A stretch of 54,067 nt of DNA from Octopus sinensis (taxonomy: Eukaryota): positions 1-54,067 of the forward strand of contig NW_021835554.1 of NCBI RefSeq assembly GCF_006345805.1, read 5' to 3'. Shown piece by piece: positions 49,020-54,067 of this stretch (position 1 is the first letter of the stretch; each line of letters opens with the position of its first letter). The notes beneath the pieces are model-generated. The model was given only the letters and a program-made list of their open reading frames with translations, was not told the DNA's origin and did no database searches. Position numbers and translations under genes: made by a program.

Positions 49020-50861
49020 GCATGGAGGTGAGGTTTAATGGTGGTACGGTTGGTGGTGGTGACGGTAGTGTTGGTGGTGGTGGTAGTGGTGGCGTTGATG
49101 TCGGTGGTGTTGGCAGCAGTGTTGTTGATGGTGGTAACAGTGGTGGTTGCAGAAACCGTCCTGCTTATGGCGTTGCTAGTGTTATTGGTTGTGGCAAGAG
49201 TAGTGGTGGTGGTATTGGTGGTAGTGATAGTTGTGATTGTGGTGGTGGTAGTAGCGGTGATGGGGGTGTTGGTGGTGGTAGTCGTAGTAGTAGAGGTACC
49301 GTTGGTTGTGGTTGTGGTGGAGATGATAGTGGTGGTGGTGATGTTGGTAGTGGTGGTGGTAGTGGCGGTGGTGTGGTGTTGGTGGTGGCAGTGGTAGTGG
49401 TAGTAGTAGTGGTACTGTTGGTTGTAGTTGTGGTTGTCATTATAGTGGTGATGGTGATAGTGCTGGTGGCAGTGGTGCTAGTAGTGGTGGTAGTGGCGGT
49501 GTTGGTGTGATGGTGGTGGTAGTGGTGGCAGTAGTGGTACTGCTGGTGGTAGCTGTGGTGGTGGTTGTGGATGTGATGGTGGTGGTTGTGAAGGTAGTGG
49601 TGTTGATGGTGAAGGTAGTGGTGTTGGTGTAGTGTGATGGGAGTGGTAGCCGTGGTGGCAGTAGCAGTGTGGTAGTGCTCGTAGTGGTAGTAGTGAATGT
49701 GTTGGGGGATGATAGTGGTTGTTGTTGTGGTAGTTGTGGTCATAGTGGTGATGCTGGTGGTGGTGGTAGTGGTGGTTGGTGTAGTTATCGTTGTGGTAGT
49801 GGTGGTAGTGTGGATTGTGGTAATGGATTGTGGCAATGGTTGTGGTGTTGGTGGTAGTAATTATAGTTCTGGCGATGGTGATAATTGTTCCTTTTGTGAA
49901 GCTATTTCTTGTAGTGAGAGTAGTAGTGTTAGTAATAGTTGATATAGTTGTTTTGGTGGTAGTGCTTGTGGTGCTAATTGTAGTGGTGGTGCTGTTAGTG
50001 GTAGTGGTGGTTGCAGAGATGGTTCCGATTGTAGTGCTGTTAGTGCAAATGGGAGTGGTGAGAGTAGTGTCGGTAGCAGTAGTTGTGGTGACTGTTCTGG
50101 TTGTAGTGCTGGTGGGAGCAGTGGTTGTGGACATTGTCCTGGTGGCAGTGCTGCTGGTATTGTTGGTTGTGATAAGAATAGGGTTGTTAGTGGTAGTGAT
50201 GGTGGTTACGGTGATTGCCATAGTTGTGATGATATCGATGATGATGGTACTGATGGTGTTGACGTTGGGGGGTGTTGGTCATGGTCCAAATCTGGTGGTG
50301 TCCGTAGTGATAGTACTGGTGGTAGTAGTGAGAGGTGCTGATGGTTGCAATGGTAGCGATAATGGTGATGGCAGTGGCAATGATGGTTGCGACGTTGAAC
50401 TGGTTGTGGTGTTGTTCGGGTCGCTGGTGTTGCCGGTTGCGATGGTTGTAGTGTGTGTGGTAGTATCTGTAGAGGTGCTACTGTAAAGGAGGTGGTTGTG
50501 GTGGTATCGTTGGTAGTAGCAGTGTTGTTGTTCATGGTTGCTGTCGTGGTGAGATAGAGATATTAGTGATGGCATTGGTGGGGGAAGACCTGGTGGTGGT
50601 AGCGGATGGTGTATCTAGTGGTGAGGGGTGCGGTGAAAGCAGTGGTGCAGTATAGCGGTGTGCGTGTGACAGTAGTGGTAATTGTATGTGGTGGTGGTGG
50701 TGGTCGTCGTCATCGTAATAGAAGTAGTGGTGGTAATAGTATTAGCAGCAGTAGTAGTAGTAGTAGTTGTAGTAGTGGTAAGAAGAGGGGGAAGAGTGGC
50801 AGCAGCACCAGCTGTAGCAGTTGCAGTAGCAGTGGCAGCAGCAGCAGTTATAGTAGTAGTA

Positions 50862-50899
<38 letters not shown>

Positions 50900-51004
50900 A
50901 TATGAGGGGGAAGAGGGGCGACAGCAGCCGTAGTGGCAGTAGTAGCAGTGGCAGCCGTAGCAGCAGTGGCAGCAGCAGCATCAGCAGTAATAGTAGTAGT
51001 AGTA

Positions 51005-51038
<34 letters not shown>

Positions 51039-51110
51039 TGTTGTTGTAGTAGTTGTGAGGGCCGGTTGTCGTCGTCGTCGTCGTCTTGGTAACGAGCGAA
51101 TGAGAGCGTA
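49020..51110. repeat. 2.1-kb cryptic GGT/GTA/GCA tract
   Basis: Directly visible; strongly G+T-biased plus strand. Confidence 0.9.
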
Positions 51111-51508
51111 GGTGATGTGTTGATGATAACCATCATCCTTGTCGTCGCTCACGCTTGTGTTGTGGTGGTAATCGTGATTGAATTGGCCGGAGTTCATCAA
51201 TATCACGACGGCCGCTACGACCACTACGTTGACCACGATCACGATGATGACAATGACGAAGTCGACAACGATGACGACAGTTTCACTGAAGCAAATTACA
51301 ATTAAATTTGCTTGACACAAGTACCACTTCATCAGATGTTGGTGACTAGTACCTAGTCATTCCATAACTAGTTTCTGTGTTTTAGCCCTTCGTTACTTCC
51401 TTCACTTTGAACACCTTTAGGAAACCTGGAAATTGACCACTATCCCACCATCAGTGAAAAACTAAATTTCGTCATTAAAATAGGCGCCACATGTATTAAG
51501 CTGTTCTT

Positions 51509-51630
51509 TCTTATATCTTTTGTATCTTTTACTTGTTTCATTTGTTACACTGTGGCCACGCTGGGGCACCGCCTCGAACAATAACCTTTTTAACCGAAGG
51601 CATCGACTCTAATGTTTATTTTCTGAGCTA
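51509..51630 (-). mobile_element. SINE B 3' tail, old
   Basis: TATCTTTTACTTGTTTCA...TGTGGCCACGCTGGGGCACCGCC. Confidence 0.7.
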
Positions 51631-52262
51631 TTTTATTCAGCTTGCCGCTGGTTAGGATTGCTCTTTCCAACACAAAAAAATAATCTCTTCACACAATATT
51701 AACCTGTTAAATATTAATACATTTACTAATACTAACATTGATTTAGTTAATATCATCCATCCTCTAGAAATATTAATAACAGGGTTATTGTATCTGAAGT
51801 CAATTACAGCAGAATCAAGTTTATGTCAAGTAACTCTTAAATAAAAAAATTCTATATACCAGTATAAACTTACTATTCGCAATCAAGTATATTTTTATAT
51901 AGGAAGCACATCTTCCCAGTTATCTAAAATAATTTTTAATCATTACTCTACATTTAGAGATAGGAATAAACGTAACAGTACAGGGCTTAATAAATTAATT
52001 TGGGATCTAAAAGACCACAATTAATAATTTAATTTAGATTGGTTGATTCTCTCAAATCTCGATAACTTATGACAAAGGCAAGGAATTCTGTCTTTCGCAA
52101 GTTTAAAATGTAACATTGTTTATGTTATCTGCATTCCAAGGATAGAGCTTTGAATCTTTGTATGATGTAAGTTCTTTCTTCACAGAAAGAGTTTAAACAA
52201 TTAAAAACACGAGAGAATATATGTTTTTTTCATTATTATTAACATTATTATTATGATTATGA

Positions 52263-52309
<47 letters not shown>

Positions 52310-52343
52310 ATTATTGATATTATTATTATTGTTATTATTATTA

Positions 52344-52374
<31 letters not shown>

Positions 52375-52393
52375 GTAGTAGTAGTAGAGTAGT

Positions 52394-52436
<43 letters not shown>

Positions 52437-52684
52437 GAGTTCTAGTTTGATTCGGCTCCATGCAGTTTAAAGTTTCGCAGTCTTCTTACAGAAACTGAAC
52501 GCAGCTGTTCGCGCTACGTTTATGTACTATGCCTAGGTTTGTAAATTCGGCATAGAATGAAATTCAGCATTTACTGTGCTAGAAGACCAAATAAAGAGCA
52601 CTAGGCACATTTATTATGTGCCTTATATAAAAGAATTTTGAATACGAAAAGTTTGAAAACCACTTGTATATATATATATAAAAA

Positions 52685-52885
52685 TATACTTTATTAAAAA
52701 GCAGCAAAAATACCACAAAAACAGTTACTCAGAGTTTCATGCTCCCCCAACGACGGGAACGTGAGATTGAGTAACAGCTTTTGTGATATTTTTGCTGCTT
52801 TTTAATAAATCATATTACTCAACCTCTGGTATTCGAGTACTACTTTTTCCACCTTGTTTCGCATTTATGTTGTTACTCTGGTTTA
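52685..52885 (+). mobile_element. Hairpin element P1, second copy, TA-flanked
   Basis: Arms 52690-52741 and 52759-52809; extension ACCTCTGGTATT...TTCCACCTTGTTTCGCATTTATG as at 4258-4293. Confidence 0.8.
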
Positions 52886-52914
52886 TATATATTTATAAAT
52901 ACACACACAAACAC

Positions 52915-52952
<38 letters not shown>

Positions 52953-53089
52953 ACACACACACACACATATATATAATAATATATATATATTGACCTATCA
53001 ATCTATGCACACACACAGAAACACACACACATATATAGGAAAGTGTATGGAGTGTGTATAAATATGTGTTTGCATTTCTACACTCACTC

Positions 53090-53235
53090 CCTTAACAAAC
53101 CGCTGTTTCTTTGTTTACTGTAACATAGCTGTACAGCAAAAGAGACCGATAGATTAAGTACTCTGCCTGAGAAGTGAAGCAGATGGGTCGATTTCTTTGA
53201 TTAAACCCTTCAAATCGGTGATCCGAGTTTAACTA
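53090..53235 (+). mobile_element. SINE B 3' part, old
   Basis: CAGCAAAAGAGACCGATAGATTAAGTAC...GGGTCGATTTCTTTGATTAAACCCTTCAA. Confidence 0.6.
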
Positions 53236-53749
53236 CAGCAGGGCCACTGTCCAATTCCTGAAGCAACTAAAATATAACGAAAATTCAAAATCAGAAACAA
53301 AGCATGGTGAAAGGAAACTTGTGTCCTAAACAAAATAAATGAAGATGGAACATGGCAATTCCTATGTCCTGCATACCGAAAATGGCCACCCATTAGTTGA
53401 AAATTAATATTAAGTAGTTCGTAATACTTTAATTTCTCCAAAGGAAGGTGATGTCATTTTGGAATTAGCATAGAATAATCTACAACTGCGCCTGCATAGT
53501 ATTTTTCAAATATTAGGTCGGGTATGTCACACCAAAAAGGTACTGTGGGGGAAATTTTACAAACATAATATGATTAGGCTGCTGTAATGGAGTCTACCTA
53601 ATTCAAACCGGAGATCTTCAAGGTAGCTGCATAGCGTAGTTTGCGGAATATATTCTTACTAAGAGAAAGAATTTGAGACGGCTATAGGGAAGTTTGTCAT
53701 GCTTCAGAAAGACAAACATGAAGAAAATTCCACCGGTGGCGATGCTTTG

Positions 53750-53805
53750 GCTGTTTGAGGAATGCTGTTTGAGGGATGCTGTTTAAGGGATGGCATTTGA
53801 GGGGA
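53750..53805. repeat. 14-bp minisatellite, 4 units
   Basis: GCTGTTTGAGGAAT GCTGTTTGAGGGAT GCTGTTTAAGGGAT GGCATTTGAGGGGA. Confidence 0.85.
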
Positions 53806-54067
53806 AACTGATTCACAACTCTCACTTTGACAAAGATTGCAGTGGGACAAATTACTCAGTTATTGATTGCAATATTGTACAATGCTCCAAATCTTAGGAG
53901 GGCATCCAAAGCTTTCGTAATTGGGTTAGTAGATAAATCTGTAATGGAATATCGGATTTTCTTGTACTATGCCCCTAATAACAGAGAACGCTCACGGTAG
54001 AGTTGTTGTTTGTTGATGAAGGAACATTTCTCCTAAGGAATATCTAAAAACCTTAAAACAGTGAAAG

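Noticed and set aside
53400-54067. Transposase remnant at the window end
   Set aside because: The frames I translated show stops and no diagnostic motif

Overview
A 54 kb animal genomic window, extremely rich in microsatellites and transposon relics. It is most likely from an octopus or other coleoid cephalopod, inferred from the tRNA-derived SINE families and the TA/CA/trinucleotide density; this was not confirmed by any search. I recognise no host protein-coding gene. Nearly all listed ORFs are translations of simple repeats or SINEs. Supported content: (i) about 35 full or partial SINE copies from four tRNA-headed families (my labels A/A2, B, C, D); (ii) three decayed autonomous-element proteins, namely a mariner transposase C-terminus (7.9 kb), a gag-like LINE ORF1 with a CCHC knuckle interrupted by two SINEs (16.5-18.9 kb), and a HERO-type restriction-like endonuclease C-terminus (42.5-42.8 kb); (iii) a tandem array of a ~400-430 bp retroposon 3' end (19.1-20.6 kb); (iv) several unrelated short elements embedded in (TA)n, mostly palindromic, carrying minimal hammerhead-ribozyme motifs, the architecture known from Penelope-like elements; (v) a few high-complexity islands with candidate regulatory motifs (CTCF-like site at 11.9 kb; E-box/CCAAT/TATA cluster at 29.2-29.3 kb). 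Coordinates were read by eye and ends of degenerate repeats are approximate.
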